DNA from: Giardia intestinalis
Lineage: Eukaryota
Length of the DNA: 64,000 nucleotides
Reading direction: 5' to 3' (one strand)
Assembly: GCA_000002435.2 (NCBI GenBank)
Contig: CM018793.1
Numbering within the stretch: the first letter of the stretch is position 1; every line of letters starts with the position of its first letter. This document shows positions 54,501-64,000 of this stretch, piece after piece. A program made the translations under genes and the position numbers. The notes under the pieces were generated by a model, which was not told the origin of the DNA, made no database searches, and saw only the letters and a list, made by a program, of their open reading frames with translations.

Positions 54501-55159
54501 GTAACTACCAAATCAGCAACATCGCAGGTAATTTCCTGCTGTAGGAACATGTCCATGAAAGCAGAAGAAAAGTCAGGAGCAGTAAATATGAAACTGAAAA
54601 GAGCTGGATCATTGGGTAAGGCCCCCGTGGCAGCCTTAAGAAGTGTGACTAGTTGAAGCTTCTGATTCGTGTTCATTTGGTGAATAGGAAACTTAGAAAC
54701 GGCGGCAAATATGTTTGCTGATAGCGCAGCAATGGGCTTTATGTTGGTCTTACACTGTAACGTAAGAGAGTTTAAAAGGAGCTCCTCCAGGATTGGCGCA
54801 TATACGTCGAAGCAGGTGCTCATTCCAGACACCAGCTCTTGAAGATCCATCTGAAGTTGGCCGGACGCCTTAACCAAATTCATAGCCACAATTTGAGCAA
54901 GTTTGGAAACAAGGGGAGCTACCAAATGAGTCCGCTCGAGAAGACACAGCTGGGTTATAATGTACTTAATGGCATCGATGGAAAGCTGTGGTTGTAAGGC
55001 AAGTACAGAGCATGCTATTAAGCGGGTACCTACACTCTCATTAGGGTCAAATATGTAGGTGCAAAGGTCTTCTGGTTCGGCCCTCACAACTTGTCTTTCT
55101 GCCTCTGCTCTCCGCTCAGCATCTTGCTCCAGTTGCAAAACTAGTAAGGCCTGCTTCAT
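51542..55159 (-). CDS. Large (1205 aa) alpha-helical HEAT/ARM-repeat protein; possibly a karyopherin of the importin-beta/exportin family
   Basis: It starts at an ATG after an AT-rich initiator (ccaaaattgtaaattaaaacg). It is a helical repeat protein throughout, and the N-terminal approximately 60 residues are loosely importin-N-like. The karyopherin assignment is tentative. Confidence 0.5.
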   Translation of the reverse strand: MKQALLVLQLEQDAERRAEAERQVVRAEPEDLCTYIFDPNESVGTRLIACSVLALQPQLSIDAIKYIITQLCLLERTHLVAPLVSKLAQIVAMNLVKASGQLQMDLQELVSGMSTCFDVYAPILEELLLNSLTLQCKTNIKPIAALSANIFAAVSKFPIHQMNTNQKLQLVTLLKAATGALPNDPALFSFIFTAPDFSSAFMDMFLQQEITCDVADLVVTLLTIKLPKNNPSALPYLGPPLLYLITNGPRFYSCFNYNQLKAVTMCFTTIYTAHSNTLRPNKDFIVSALNNIFCVFAQHPSHFIFDLLLPSLINIFNDLSLRVYEIPTSLTMYLIERVCFYVNRHNLRSLLSVTEGDTLTESEEYLAQDSIDSNTSFWLTWFAAFKGNCMSLVGKLAIFYPHITLTTLTQHLGQFLTSLASFENNMTMEQAQQFTRHTEQYNAMDSVIAIVDASVYSVLRHLLFTNTYKDVLKPGDVLGVAHVLLSYRPIHPIIYYRLMAILENFYRDFMHSISSATGDVVVKPFKGKRKQAQGQNPPSAESVKDSSENESGTSVKGLLAEYIAPLLQPIFQLYVQMIAFKSQVLGETDISGEELYSRLSQDTLAIRRLAADRAKILAGNRYLLKEYIISSPDVFAAFVGHVTLLQQQNQVTAYEHVLLNQIVACTMLAHNDSEGFQRIVTDALQQSRSVLFSQEITAILFSPEAFISYFGLDNVSVSNPVSLTTPTPLPSLLLRRKIMFAIQQAKEVLNRVHDASGTTSSQSDLIDRLKDITRMLLVIASKGFLSATPKYFEQQLSNQRVLLGGTISGGVAKVDLENHDATATDIEHAHSWLERCLISSLQCISLNQNDFLQYLLQLDYDTIPIYILRLILLVVPRLCDVQVILILSKIVSVQYYDVHSIYTALTKDEHKALSALLPKTRETCVLSRTAESMLWEDLREKKEVLARNILNLCNRAVMDICVKLFLQDGDINERIQAVLSTNQQFVDYSLGLLFSLLVSFSNDAKYAAQIAILICKIFDYISSWPPTGLGQPNQCSSSGESVRSDGVANSGLDGPATPPITPILACTNKAPDELLHKIATFSFAFILQYSQYDSYLSCFCVLAGRSIQLAEDQLPIGIFYSGNEHIVPELTAELKSIPFNSTKQIRQAVLNSLKHSKRIQLNTQVPTNITIAALMTQRAEINDSMEVNIGDYTIGEMLGDTLSTE

Positions 55160-55239
55160 CGTTTTAATTTACAATTTTGGTTATTGGGGGCTCCTAGACT
55201 TCGATAGTACATACACTGTACAAGAAATTGCTGCGATTG

Positions 55240-55563
55240 CTAGGTAGCCAGGTTCTCTTGGCTGTGGTGTTCTTTGGCCCAGTTAATGCGCGAGTCATCG
55301 GCCAGTGCACGGAGGGACAACGACTCATCACCCTCCACATCATTCAGATAAAGAAATTGAATTGCAGACCCTCGGATGAATACTCTTCGGCCGCCAGAAA
55401 CGTGTGTAAAGGAGATGTCAGAGCCATAGATGACGGGGTTATCCAGAGACAGGTTGGCAAAGTTGTCAGAAGCTAGAAGTACTCCGTGCATCTGCATCCC
55501 AGACTTGAGCTCCACGTATACCTTACGTCCCACGAGCTTAGAGAGGAATGTCAAGTAAAGCAT
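55240..55563 (-). CDS. Sm-fold protein, closest to SmD1
   Basis: FLSKLVGRKVYVELKSGMQMHGVLLASDNFANLSL...VFIRGSAIQFLYLND aligns with the Sm1/Sm2 motifs of SmD1 ([24 protein letters not shown]...LSIRGNNIRYFILPD). There is no RG tail. Confidence 0.55.
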   Translation of the reverse strand: MLYLTFLSKLVGRKVYVELKSGMQMHGVLLASDNFANLSLDNPVIYGSDISFTHVSGGRRVFIRGSAIQFLYLNDVEGDESLSLRALADDSRINWAKEHHSQENLAT

Positions 55564-55725
55564 TTATCAAACCGTAGCAGAGCAGTTTTATAGATTTTTA
55601 ATAGATTTAACTTTGATGCAATCTTTAATGTCCTTGGTAGAAGCTCAAGGAGCGTGTTGTCAATACCACTTTTAAAGACGATACAACGTGTACTGGAGCT
55701 AACTGTAGCTCTCATACTGGCGTGC

Positions 55726-57540
55726 TTACTCCACCGAGCAATAGTCCCAAATGAAGTTCTGAAGTATTGGGACCGACACTTTCTCAATGACAGTGATTAT
55801 ACTTATTGTTAATAAAGTGGACATATCGAATGATACCAGGCAGCGCAGATTCTGAAGAAATTTATATTTCTCCAGTTGAACCGAGCGCTTATTATCCTTT
55901 AAATCATGGATGTCAATTCCAGTGCTCCCCAGCAGCGCCTTGAAAATGGGGCTGTTCATCACTATTGTTGGGAGAGTCCTCCCATCTGGATCTATATTTA
56001 GCATCTTTTCCAGAAGGGCTGCTAGTGTTCGCATCTCTACAACGACATCCTCGTTGAGCTCCAGCAGAATAAGAAGGTCCTTGTAGTGCCCTAGCTGTAA
56101 GGATGATGTCCGAAGGGTTTCCAATCCAGTGGTACTAGAAAACCGAATCAAAAGGCTGAAAAACAGAAGCTCACGGATACTGTAGCTGGATGTGGTGTAG
56201 TAAATCTTCCTCCTCCAATACTTCCCGCTCAATAAGAGCATATTTCTCATGACCAATCGCGCTAGCCGTATGCTCTCAGAGATAGAGTTGATCCCCTCTG
56301 GCGTTCTCTCCGCAACCAGCGGCCCCAAGGTCTGGCGAACAGCTTTTATTCGCTCACTCTTATGCTTTTCATAAGCAACAGTCAGCGAAAGGCTTCTTGC
56401 ACGTATGGACGGATCCCGATCCTGCAGGTGCTTATTCGGAGACGACGTAGTATCTTCGTCATCGACACACTTTAGCTTGTCATTTTTACTTCTCAACGCA
56501 AACAGTTTCTCTATGAGCTCATCTGAGTTCAGTGCTCTGATGGTCTGCTTATAGACATTGAATAGTTCTGCCCGCATCTGGTGCTTGCTGGTGTCAAGGA
56601 ATCCAGCGTGATACTTTGTGCAATTAACAAGAGGATTGAGATAGTTAATCAGTGCTAGAACCTCTCCAGTAGCCTTGAGATCATCACGGTGGATTGTCTT
56701 GAACAGGGGTACATCGAATATCAAGTCACAGATACTGCATCCCAGGCTCCATGAGTCTCCCACAAATCCAGAGTAGTGCTTGTTCAGCCCGAAGCACTGT
56801 TCAGGAGCTCGCCACCAAACCGTTCCACATATGGCGGTGTTGCCGTTCAGCAATTCCAATTGTGGGATAGTTGGCACTTTACAATTGATTGACCCCACGT
56901 CTGTCATCTTGTTCCGAAGGTAGCGCTTTGTAGAGTGATTGTAGCAGCCTTTGTGACCAAACCGACCGAAGAAAGGAATTTCACAGCGTGCCATCCCGAA
57001 GTCACAAAGGAGGAGCTGCCCGTCACCGGAGACTAGGGCGTTGCTGGGCTTGATGTCGCGATGGGACCAGCCAACAGAATGTAAAATAGCCACGCTACGG
57101 ACTAGGAGAAAGCACAAATGCAAAAACCGATCCCATGAATAATTGATGAGATTGCCTGAGTGTAAAAATGAATGCAGGTCGCATGGACAGAAAGGAAAGA
57201 CTAAAATCAAAGAGTAGGGAACATAGTCTATAGGTGGGTGCGGATCTAATAGCTGCACGTCGCTTCCATTTATAATATCGAGAAGTGGAATAATCGGGAA
57301 GTCCACGAATATGTCTCCACCTCCCAAATCGGGTCTTTCAGCCATAATCTTCTCCAGGGAAACCAGTGCCATGATATCTCTGGTCTGGGTATGAGGCAAA
57401 AGTCCATGACCGTCAGTTACACGGAGAAACTTAAATGCAAGCTTCACAGCCGGATCGCTTTTCAGATGGCCTTCAAGCACGCATCCATAGCTACCTGACC
57501 CCTTCACATTTGAACTGATGACATATTTGTCTGTCTGCAT
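55726..57540 (-). CDS. Protein serine/threonine kinase, predicted active, with a non-kinase C-terminal extension
   Basis: G-loop GSGSYGCV. Catalytic loop HRDIKPSNALV. DFGMAR. WRAPE. A C-terminal extension of about 300 aa has unknown function. Confidence 0.8.
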   Translation of the reverse strand: MQTDKYVISSNVKGSGSYGCVLEGHLKSDPAVKLAFKFLRVTDGHGLLPHTQTRDIMALVSLEKIMAERPDLGGGDIFVDFPIIPLLDIINGSDVQLLDPHPPIDYVPYSLILVFPFCPCDLHSFLHSGNLINYSWDRFLHLCFLLVRSVAILHSVGWSHRDIKPSNALVSGDGQLLLCDFGMARCEIPFFGRFGHKGCYNHSTKRYLRNKMTDVGSINCKVPTIPQLELLNGNTAICGTVWWRAPEQCFGLNKHYSGFVGDSWSLGCSICDLIFDVPLFKTIHRDDLKATGEVLALINYLNPLVNCTKYHAGFLDTSKHQMRAELFNVYKQTIRALNSDELIEKLFALRSKNDKLKCVDDEDTTSSPNKHLQDRDPSIRARSLSLTVAYEKHKSERIKAVRQTLGPLVAERTPEGINSISESIRLARLVMRNMLLLSGKYWRRKIYYTTSSYSIRELLFFSLLIRFSSTTGLETLRTSSLQLGHYKDLLILLELNEDVVVEMRTLAALLEKMLNIDPDGRTLPTIVMNSPIFKALLGSTGIDIHDLKDNKRSVQLEKYKFLQNLRCLVSFDMSTLLTISIITVIEKVSVPILQNFIWDYCSVE

Positions 57541-57677
57541 TTAATGCAGCCTGGTTTCGCTAGTGCAGCCGAAAGTCAAAACGAGAAACAGTTTGAGGAC
57601 AAAAAACTGAAGATGTACTGCACCAGGATACAATAACGAAGAGGCGAAAGGTAGTTTACCCTTGGAAAAATGAGGAA

Positions 57678-58082
57678 TTAAGCACTATTGAGCTTTCCGA
57701 GCCATTCATCACACTCCGGGGATGACGGAACTCCGTGCCAGATCAGCTTCCCGTCCTTGTCAAAGAGGAACGCACCGGGGGTGCCCATGTTCGGTGCCTC
57801 TGCCTCACGGAGCGCCTTAACCTCTCCTTTGGCGTCACAAGCAACATTGTACTTTTTCATGGGTGGAATCTTTTGGGCAAAGGCCTCGACCTTGTCCTGC
57901 TCTTCCTCTGTGACTGCAACGAGGTATACATTGGGATACTTTGTCGGCAGTTCTGCCAGGTGCGGAATCATACCACGGCAGGGCGGGCACCAGGTTGTAA
58001 ACACTTCGATCATGTAGGCCATCCCGGGCTTGTATTCCTGGGCCTTGTTCACGTAAGCGAGCGCGTCAATGTTGGGGAGCAT
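57678..58082 (-). CDS. Thioredoxin-fold protein with a WCPPC active site
   Basis: FTTWCPPCRGMIPHL in a roughly 130-aa thioredoxin-like ORF. It starts at an ATG. Confidence 0.7.
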   Translation of the reverse strand: MLPNIDALAYVNKAQEYKPGMAYMIEVFTTWCPPCRGMIPHLAELPTKYPNVYLVAVTEEEQDKVEAFAQKIPPMKKYNVACDAKGEVKALREAEAPNMGTPGAFLFDKDGKLIWHGVPSSPECDEWLGKLNSA

Positions 58083-58479
58083 CTAATTAAATTTTAGAGC
58101 CGTAGAAGTTGTACTGTAAAGCCACAAACTTAACTGATGGCACCTGAAGCTTGCATTGTCTGGTAAGTAGGCTTCCAGGTCTAGTCTCCCTCATAAATGC
58201 ACTTAAGACAAGTGGCAAAGCGAGTAATAAACATCATAAGGTATTAGGCCTTTGTGAATGTAGTTACTGTAAATTCAAAAAATTAAAGCCATATACTTAG
58301 CAATATTGAATTAAAATTTAAAAAGCCAATTGATCCGATCTAAGAACTTGTTAACTAGCAGCCTCCAACAATGATTGGCGCCCTATGCAATTAAATTTGA
58401 CATTTTTTTTAGTTCTTTTGGCTGCCGCATACACTTGAAATAGATTTTAGAACGACAGGCTTTTCCATTAAGGCTAAAG

Positions 58480-61400
58480 ATGGAATGTGCTGGATTGATC
58501 CAGTCAATCTCAGACTTCTATGACGTAGAGAGCGTGGCGAAAACTCAGTTTGGTGCAAGCTTCTATCTTGTTAGAGACAGATCTACTGGCACTTGTTTAA
58601 AATTGATCTCTATTGAATTTACGGATAGCTGGATCCGGAGACAGGCTAGTAAGGAGGCCTCTCTCGATTATTGCTCATCCCTCACTAATCCTGGCCTAGC
58701 AAAATATCAAGGGTGGGTCAAAGAACAATCGTCACAGGTCTTGTATGTAAAGGTCGTGTATCCTAGCAGTCCAACAATATTAACACTTTTAGCTCGCAAT
58801 CATGCCTTTTTAGAAGATGCTATTTGGGATATTGCCACAAATCTGGTGGAGCTTCTCGTCTATTTACACAAGCATCACTTGCTAGCTTGGTCTGGCTTGT
58901 CGCCCTCTTTTGTGCATTTGACCACTCAAAACGAACCTATCTTAGATAACTATTTCGCTTCTTTTCGTTTTAGAACGCTTCTATCAAAGGTTGTCGATCC
59001 ATTTTTGGCTCCAGAAATTTCAAGCATGTACTTATCAACCTCTGAGAAGATATCGGACGCTACCTATCTGGACAAGGAGTGTGCCATATCGGCTGAAGCT
59101 GATGCGCAGTTTGGCACCAATGGAACATCAAATCGAAGCACATGTACGAAGAACCCCCTTGCTTTAAATATTAACTCTATTGATACTAGCTCCTTCGCCA
59201 ATTGTGATAATCTCTCAACCCCTCGCAATGATAGAAATGATTTTACAATAGAGCAGGGCCTGGGAGTTTTTAAGTCATCTGTCACACCTTGCTTAATTCA
59301 CCGACTATCACCCTCACATGCATCCTCGGCCCGTCAAGGTGATGCTCCTCCGCCATCTTCATATTCTAAGGAGGGATCTGAAGAAATACAAAGGGTGCAG
59401 CATATGATAGAACTAGCAGGTCTCTCGCCGTCCAAGCAGTTTAAGGCTGATGTTTGGGCCATGGGAGCTCTCCTGTTGTGTCTCTGCCTTGGTCGGCCAC
59501 TGAATCATAGGGACGATTGTGTGCACCTGGCAACTGATCTTCGCAAAAACTCCAAGCTAGGGTCATGCTTATACTCTTACTCGTTGTGCTCATTCATCTG
59601 TAGCTGCTTACAGCCAGACCCTGTGAAGCGACCAGCTCTATCTATACTCAAGGAGCGAATACAAATCCATATGGCGCCCCGTCTATCTTTACCCGAATCC
59701 TTACGGGGAAGCTTCTGCTGTCACATGAGCGAATCAACGAGCTGCACAAACCAGCTTATTCTAACCACTCCCCGAGGGTGCATCCCCAGTAGTAACAAGT
59801 TTCAACAAAGGCAGCAGCTGAACTCTGAGCAGACTGATAACCCGCTGATAAAGGCAGCAGAAATTGGAAACTACGATGCAGTGAAGCAGAATATAGGATA
59901 TCTTGGTAAAACAGGGTCAGGAGGCCGGACAGCTCTGATGTTTGCTGCGGGGAATGGCCACACAAAGTGCATCAAGTCACTGATTAAAGAATCTCGTATG
60001 AAAGATCAGCAAGGGCTCACGGCCCTTATGTATGCTGTCAAGAATAGGTACAAAGACGCTATTCTCTCACTGGCCAAGGACGAGGCTGGGATGCAAGACG
60101 ATCAGGGGTTTACTGCGCTGATGTACGCTGCTATAGACAATAACAGTGAGATTGTATCCATTCTCATGAAGAAAGCAGCAGGTAAAGAGCTCAAGAAGCA
60201 AAATCTCAAGGGGGAAACGGCATTGATGATGGCGACCCAGTATTGGAACAATGAAGTAGCAGATTACCTTGTCAAGGAAGCAAAACTTATTAATGTGGAC
60301 GGTAGCACAGCGTTGATGTATGCAGCTAGAAATGGAAATGTGAACTATGTCAAGCTTCTAGCACCAAAGGAGGCAGGCATGAAAGCATTGAACGGGGACC
60401 GCGCGCTAGAGCTGGCGCTCATTAACTCCCATGCAGACTGTGCAGACATTCTTTCTCGCTATGAACTAAAGCTGCATGCAGGAGAAACTCCGTTGCTTTA
60501 TGCATTGAAGTCTGGTGACAAGCGCTTAGCGACAATCAGCACTCCGGTGTATTCACAAAGCCACGAGCTTTCTAACACCAGTCATCTTTCCTATGCCATA
60601 AAGAGCAACAATGCTCAAGCTGTCAAGGAGCTACTTTCGTTTGAACTGCCGTTCGTGCACCAGCCAGATGGAAGCTGCTTGGACTTAGCCATCAGAAGCG
60701 GCAGCTTTCAAATACTAAGCATTATCTATTCGTATGCTCTGGAACACTCTCTGGGGATTTGTGTTTCCCGGCGACTCGGGACTTCTATCACAAAATTGAT
60801 GAAGTGTGCGATAAGTAATGACGTAGCGGAGATATCGAACTATCTTTTTCAGTTGGGGCTAACTGACGTACACGGAAACACAGCGTTAATGTATGCTGTT
60901 CGGCACAGAAACCGTGATGCCACAGCTGCATTGGTATGCGAGGCAACCATCCAAAATCTAACTGGATGGTCGCCGCTGATGGTCGCTGCTGCGAATGGTG
61001 ATGCGGACTTGGTTCATGAGCTTGTTGAGCACTCTTATGGGCTTTTAACAAGAAGAAAAGAGACAGCCCTGATGGTAGCCGTCAAAGGAGGGTCTCTTCC
61101 TTGTGTGAGGCTACTAGCAAAAGCAGAGGCAAAAAAGCAAGACATTAATGGGACAACTGCTCTCATGTTGGCAGTTATTCTTAGAAATCATCCGATTGCA
61201 GAAGTGTTGATGCCCTTTGAGGCAGGGATGCAAGACGTCAATGGGATGACTACCCTGATGATAGCAGCACAATTGGGAGATGTGGACATGGTGCGCCTCC
61301 TTGCTAATCACGAAGCCACGCTGCAGACTAACTCTAGCTGTATTGATGGCGCTGGCTGGACTGCCATGATGTATGCGGCACGTGAAGGCCACTGTGAGGT

Positions 61401-62658
61401 TGTTGCTATCCTCGCAGCTCATGAGGGTAGCATGCAACTGGTGACAGGACGGACTGCCCTTATGATTTCAGCGTATGCACACAATGATTCCTGTGTGGAG
61501 CTACTCTGTACCATAGAAAGGGAGGCGCAGGATGAAAATGGCTTTACAGCTCTTATGTATGCAATTAACTCAAAGTATGACAGCTCCGATTTTATGACTA
61601 GGATGCAAGTTCAGCGATGTATTCAGCTGCTGCTACACGAGGCCTATCTTTCTGATTATGGTGACACGACTCCCTTATCCTTGGCTGCAAGTGTTGGTAA
61701 TTTGGATGTGATAAAGCTTGCCACCTCGAATCTCATCTTGCGTAAGCAACTTGTCAAAGTTGACTCTCAAGGCATGACAGCGCTTATGCACGCAGCCCTT
61801 CAAGGGCATGCTGATTGCGTGAAGGAGTTACTGAAATACGACAAAGCTACACTAGATAATATAGTCATCCATCTATCTCGGGAACGAGATGCTAATGGCA
61901 TGACTGCTCTCATGTATGCCTCCTGTAACAATAGAGCCTCATGCGTTGACATCCTCCTTCCGTTAGAGTGCAACATGACATCCAATGATGGAAGCACTGC
62001 GTTGATGCTCGCTGCACAGGAGGGGTACATCAACATAGTTAAGAAGATAGTCACTGGAAGCAGCGAGCTCGGTATGGCTAATCATAATAGATTGACTGCA
62101 CTTGCAGCAGCAGCATCAGGAGGGTATACTGAGTGCGTGAGATTTTTGCACAGCTCTTGCCTTGACCGAGGACTTTCTCTGACGACACAGGGCTTTACCA
62201 ATTTGATGCTGGCCGCTTCTCTTAACGATCTAGATGCAGTCCGAATGGGAATCGATGAAGGAGATGCACGGAAGACCAGTCCCATTGGATTTACAGCCCT
62301 TATGTATGCAGCTATCAATAATTCTATTGAATCTGTGCTACTTCTTGCGTCCTATGAAAATAAGATGACAACGGAGTCTGGCATAACTGCACTCATGCTA
62401 GCTTCTAAAATGGGTCACGTAAAGTGTGTCAAAGCCCTGATCCACGAAGAGGTAGGAATGCAAACCGTTCAAGGCTGGTCTGCACTGATGTTTGCAGCTT
62501 TCTCAAACAAGCCAGACTGTGTAGAGCTTCTACTTAAGACTGAGTTTACATTGAAGAATGAGGATGGTAACACGGCTCTTGACTTAAGTAGAATTTATAA
62601 GGCTAAAGCAGCTAATGAAATCCTTCATTCTTATCACGCATCACTCCGTCTTTTGTAG
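58480..62658 (+). CDS. Giardia NEK-like pseudokinase fused to a long ankyrin-repeat array (protein 21.1-type)
   Basis: The N-terminal domain of about 400 aa is kinase-like but lacks HRD and DFG (..HLLAWSGLSPSFVHL.., ..NYFASFRF..). It is followed by more than 20 ankyrin repeats of the Giardia TALMYAA..GH..CV..L type. Confidence 0.85.
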   Translation: MECAGLIQSISDFYDVESVAKTQFGASFYLVRDRSTGTCLKLISIEFTDSWIRRQASKEASLDYCSSLTNPGLAKYQGWVKEQSSQVLYVKVVYPSSPTILTLLARNHAFLEDAIWDIATNLVELLVYLHKHHLLAWSGLSPSFVHLTTQNEPILDNYFASFRFRTLLSKVVDPFLAPEISSMYLSTSEKISDATYLDKECAISAEADAQFGTNGTSNRSTCTKNPLALNINSIDTSSFANCDNLSTPRNDRNDFTIEQGLGVFKSSVTPCLIHRLSPSHASSARQGDAPPPSSYSKEGSEEIQRVQHMIELAGLSPSKQFKADVWAMGALLLCLCLGRPLNHRDDCVHLATDLRKNSKLGSCLYSYSLCSFICSCLQPDPVKRPALSILKERIQIHMAPRLSLPESLRGSFCCHMSESTSCTNQLILTTPRGCIPSSNKFQQRQQLNSEQTDNPLIKAAEIGNYDAVKQNIGYLGKTGSGGRTALMFAAGNGHTKCIKSLIKESRMKDQQGLTALMYAVKNRYKDAILSLAKDEAGMQDDQGFTALMYAAIDNNSEIVSILMKKAAGKELKKQNLKGETALMMATQYWNNEVADYLVKEAKLINVDGSTALMYAARNGNVNYVKLLAPKEAGMKALNGDRALELALINSHADCADILSRYELKLHAGETPLLYALKSGDKRLATISTPVYSQSHELSNTSHLSYAIKSNNAQAVKELLSFELPFVHQPDGSCLDLAIRSGSFQILSIIYSYALEHSLGICVSRRLGTSITKLMKCAISNDVAEISNYLFQLGLTDVHGNTALMYAVRHRNRDATAALVCEATIQNLTGWSPLMVAAANGDADLVHELVEHSYGLLTRRKETALMVAVKGGSLPCVRLLAKAEAKKQDINGTTALMLAVILRNHPIAEVLMPFEAGMQDVNGMTTLMIAAQLGDVDMVRLLANHEATLQTNSSCIDGAGWTAMMYAAREGHCEVVAILAAHEGSMQLVTGRTALMISAYAHNDSCVELLCTIEREAQDENGFTALMYAINSKYDSSDFMTRMQVQRCIQLLLHEAYLSDYGDTTPLSLAASVGNLDVIKLATSNLILRKQLVKVDSQGMTALMHAALQGHADCVKELLKYDKATLDNIVIHLSRERDANGMTALMYASCNNRASCVDILLPLECNMTSNDGSTALMLAAQEGYINIVKKIVTGSSELGMANHNRLTALAAAASGGYTECVRFLHSSCLDRGLSLTTQGFTNLMLAASLNDLDAVRMGIDEGDARKTSPIGFTALMYAAINNSIESVLLLASYENKMTTESGITALMLASKMGHVKCVKALIHEEVGMQTVQGWSALMFAAFSNKPDCVELLLKTEFTLKNEDGNTALDLSRIYKAKAANEILHSYHASLRLL

Positions 62659-62696
62659 ACTTGTGTGTAGAGTAGTCTGCCATACGCCCTACATAT

Positions 62697-64000
62697 CTAT
62701 GTGCTCTTGTCTGTCTGCAGTGACTCTAGTGAGTTTGCAATATCTAAGGATACAGCAGCTAGCTGGTCAGAGTGGGTCGAATCGTAGTCAGCTGTGATGA
62801 AGAACGGGATATTACCCTTTCTATCTGGCTTGAAAAGATATCCTTTTTTCAGGACATACGCACTTCCAGAGCTCTTAGAAAGAGTTAGCGGTCTGGACTC
62901 CTTGGTGTATACGTCGATGTTCAAAGAATGAGCAATCCCCATAAATGCGCAGATGTCCCATGGCTTCAGAAATCCATCTATATAAATGACACCAAAGCAT
63001 CCCCCAAGACCGAGGAGGAACTCCCTAAACTTACACAATGCACCATAGAAGGTTTGAAGACCATCCTTGGATCTAATCTTGATATGTGTCTCATCAGTTT
63101 GTTTGTCAATCCACTCCAGCAGCGGGTTGAGTCGGTCAGGTGACATATTCTGTATTTGAAAATAGTGCTCGGAGAAGGGCTTAGACTCAGAGAGCTGGCT
63201 CAGCCTGCTGGTCCAGAGAGTCTGTCGGTACTCAGTCAAGTTGCAATTGCAGTAATCACCATACTGGGCCCCGAAGAAAAGGTCTATCGGGACGTGTTGT
63301 TTCTTAAGTTCGGTAATCTGTGCGTGGAAAGGATGAAGCAATGCCCCATTGTCCATGTATATGTGTAAATCCTTCGGAAAGTTGTACTTGTGAAGGAGCT
63401 TCTTAGAGAAAAACGGATAAAACATAACTCCGGCTATTGCCTGGCCTTTATAAGTTAGCCCAATGCTCACTCCAACGCCAAATAAGCAGCCATGAACAAA
63501 GTTGAATGTGCCATCAAGAGGATCGACAAAGACAATACAATCTTCTACCGGTAGGTCAATAGAGCAGGGGACATGAGGAACCTTGTGGCAAGACATAGTT
63601 TGCTCTACAGGGCTGTCTTCATCATACCCCTGTAGGGCTTCTCTGGCTAAACACATAGACTTGCTGCACAGACTCCTTGGACTATGCTTTAATTTTGTAT
63701 GAGGGAGGCCGCAATCACTGGCCAGCGTGCTTATAGAAGAGATTCTTTCCTCTATGTTTGAGCTGCAGAGAACAGAAGATGATTCTGGAGAGCAGCCCTC
63801 ACAATTAACCTCTTCACCGACTATCTTCAACTGAGGAAACTGCCCTGTAAGCACTGAAAAAATCACGCGTTGCGCAGAACGATCAGCAATAGTCACAAAA
63901 TCCCCGTCATTAGATTTAGTCTTAATATCTTTCTCAATGCTGGAGGAATCGGCCCCCACCTTCACTATCACATCTCCTGCGCTGAATGCAGCTTCTACAG
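62697..64000 (-). CDS. Inositol monophosphatase-family phosphatase (IMPase / inositol-polyphosphate 1-phosphatase / PAP-phosphatase superfamily); the 5' end runs off the window
   Basis: The metal-binding motifs VFVDPLDGTFNFVHG (DPxDGT) and KPWDICAFMGIAHSL (WDxxA) are present. The track start at 63971 is a GTG, and the frame stays open to the window end. Confidence 0.6.
   Translation of the reverse strand, partial: VEAAFSAGDVIVKVGADSSSIEKDIKTKSNDGDFVTIADRSAQRVIFSVLTGQFPQLKIVGEEVNCEGCSPESSSVLCSSNIEERISSISTLASDCGLPHTKLKHSPRSLCSKSMCLAREALQGYDEDSPVEQTMSCHKVPHVPCSIDLPVEDCIVFVDPLDGTFNFVHGCLFGVGVSIGLTYKGQAIAGVMFYPFFSKKLLHKYNFPKDLHIYMDNGALLHPFHAQITELKKQHVPIDLFFGAQYGDYCNCNLTEYRQTLWTSRLSQLSESKPFSEHYFQIQNMSPDRLNPLLEWIDKQTDETHIKIRSKDGLQTFYGALCKFREFLLGLGGCFGVIYIDGFLKPWDICAFMGIAHSLNIDVYTKESRPLTLSKSSGSAYVLKKGYLFKPDRKGNIPFFITADYDSTHSDQLAAVSLDIANSLESLQTDKST

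Noticed and set aside
577-63971. Start coordinates taken straight from the ORF track (for example 577, 20201, 22238, 22904, 27904/37931, 32398, 44690, 49035, 49862, 50813, 63971)
   Set aside because: At these positions the track's start codon is GTG or TTG translated as M. For a eukaryote I moved each start to the first in-frame ATG. In most cases that ATG is directly preceded by an A/T-rich initiator, which supports the correction.
1-64000. A prokaryotic interpretation (operons, CRISPR, transposases, sigma-70 promoters)
   Set aside because: The gene content (coatomer, axonemal dynein IC2, Sm protein, NEK and ankyrin proteins, a VSP with a CRGKA tail, the Giardia AGTRAAY poly(A) signal) is diagnostic of the eukaryote Giardia. 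No direct-repeat/spacer arrays are present.

Overview
This window reads as Giardia intestinalis nuclear DNA. It is compact, has no obvious introns, and has short AT-rich initiators directly before the ATGs. About 25 protein-coding genes are recognisable. The most striking structure is a near-perfect inverted repeat of about 11.6 kb (about 27.10-38.73 kb). Each arm is about 4.97 kb and carries a copy of the RNA polymerase III subunit RPC34/RPC6 gene plus about 4.2 kb of ORF-free DNA. The 1.69-kb unique spacer between the arms holds one variant-specific surface protein (VSP) gene. The VSP has a signal peptide, CXXC repeats, a GGCY motif, a TM-CRGKA tail and an AGTAAAC poly(A) signal 10 nt after the stop. 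The other genes are: two convergent giant genes (3408 and 3099 aa) with stops 14 bp apart; PPi-dependent phosphofructokinase; a small membrane protein; a Hip-like TPR/STI1 co-chaperone; coatomer beta-prime; CCA-adding enzyme; a sirtuin with a split zinc module; a CFAP299-like ORF; ribosomal protein S7e; outer-arm dynein intermediate chain IC2/DNAI2; a double AAA ATPase; a small CS-domain protein; rRNA methyltransferase Rrp8; a large HEAT/ARM protein; an SmD1-like protein; a protein kinase; a CPPC thioredoxin; a NEK-like pseudokinase with an ankyrin array; and an inositol-monophosphatase-family gene cut off at the window end. The supplied ORF track calls GTG/TTG as starts, so N-termini here are moved to the first in-frame ATG where that applies. 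I could not find rRNA, tRNA, CRISPR, transposase or reverse-transcriptase genes by eye.
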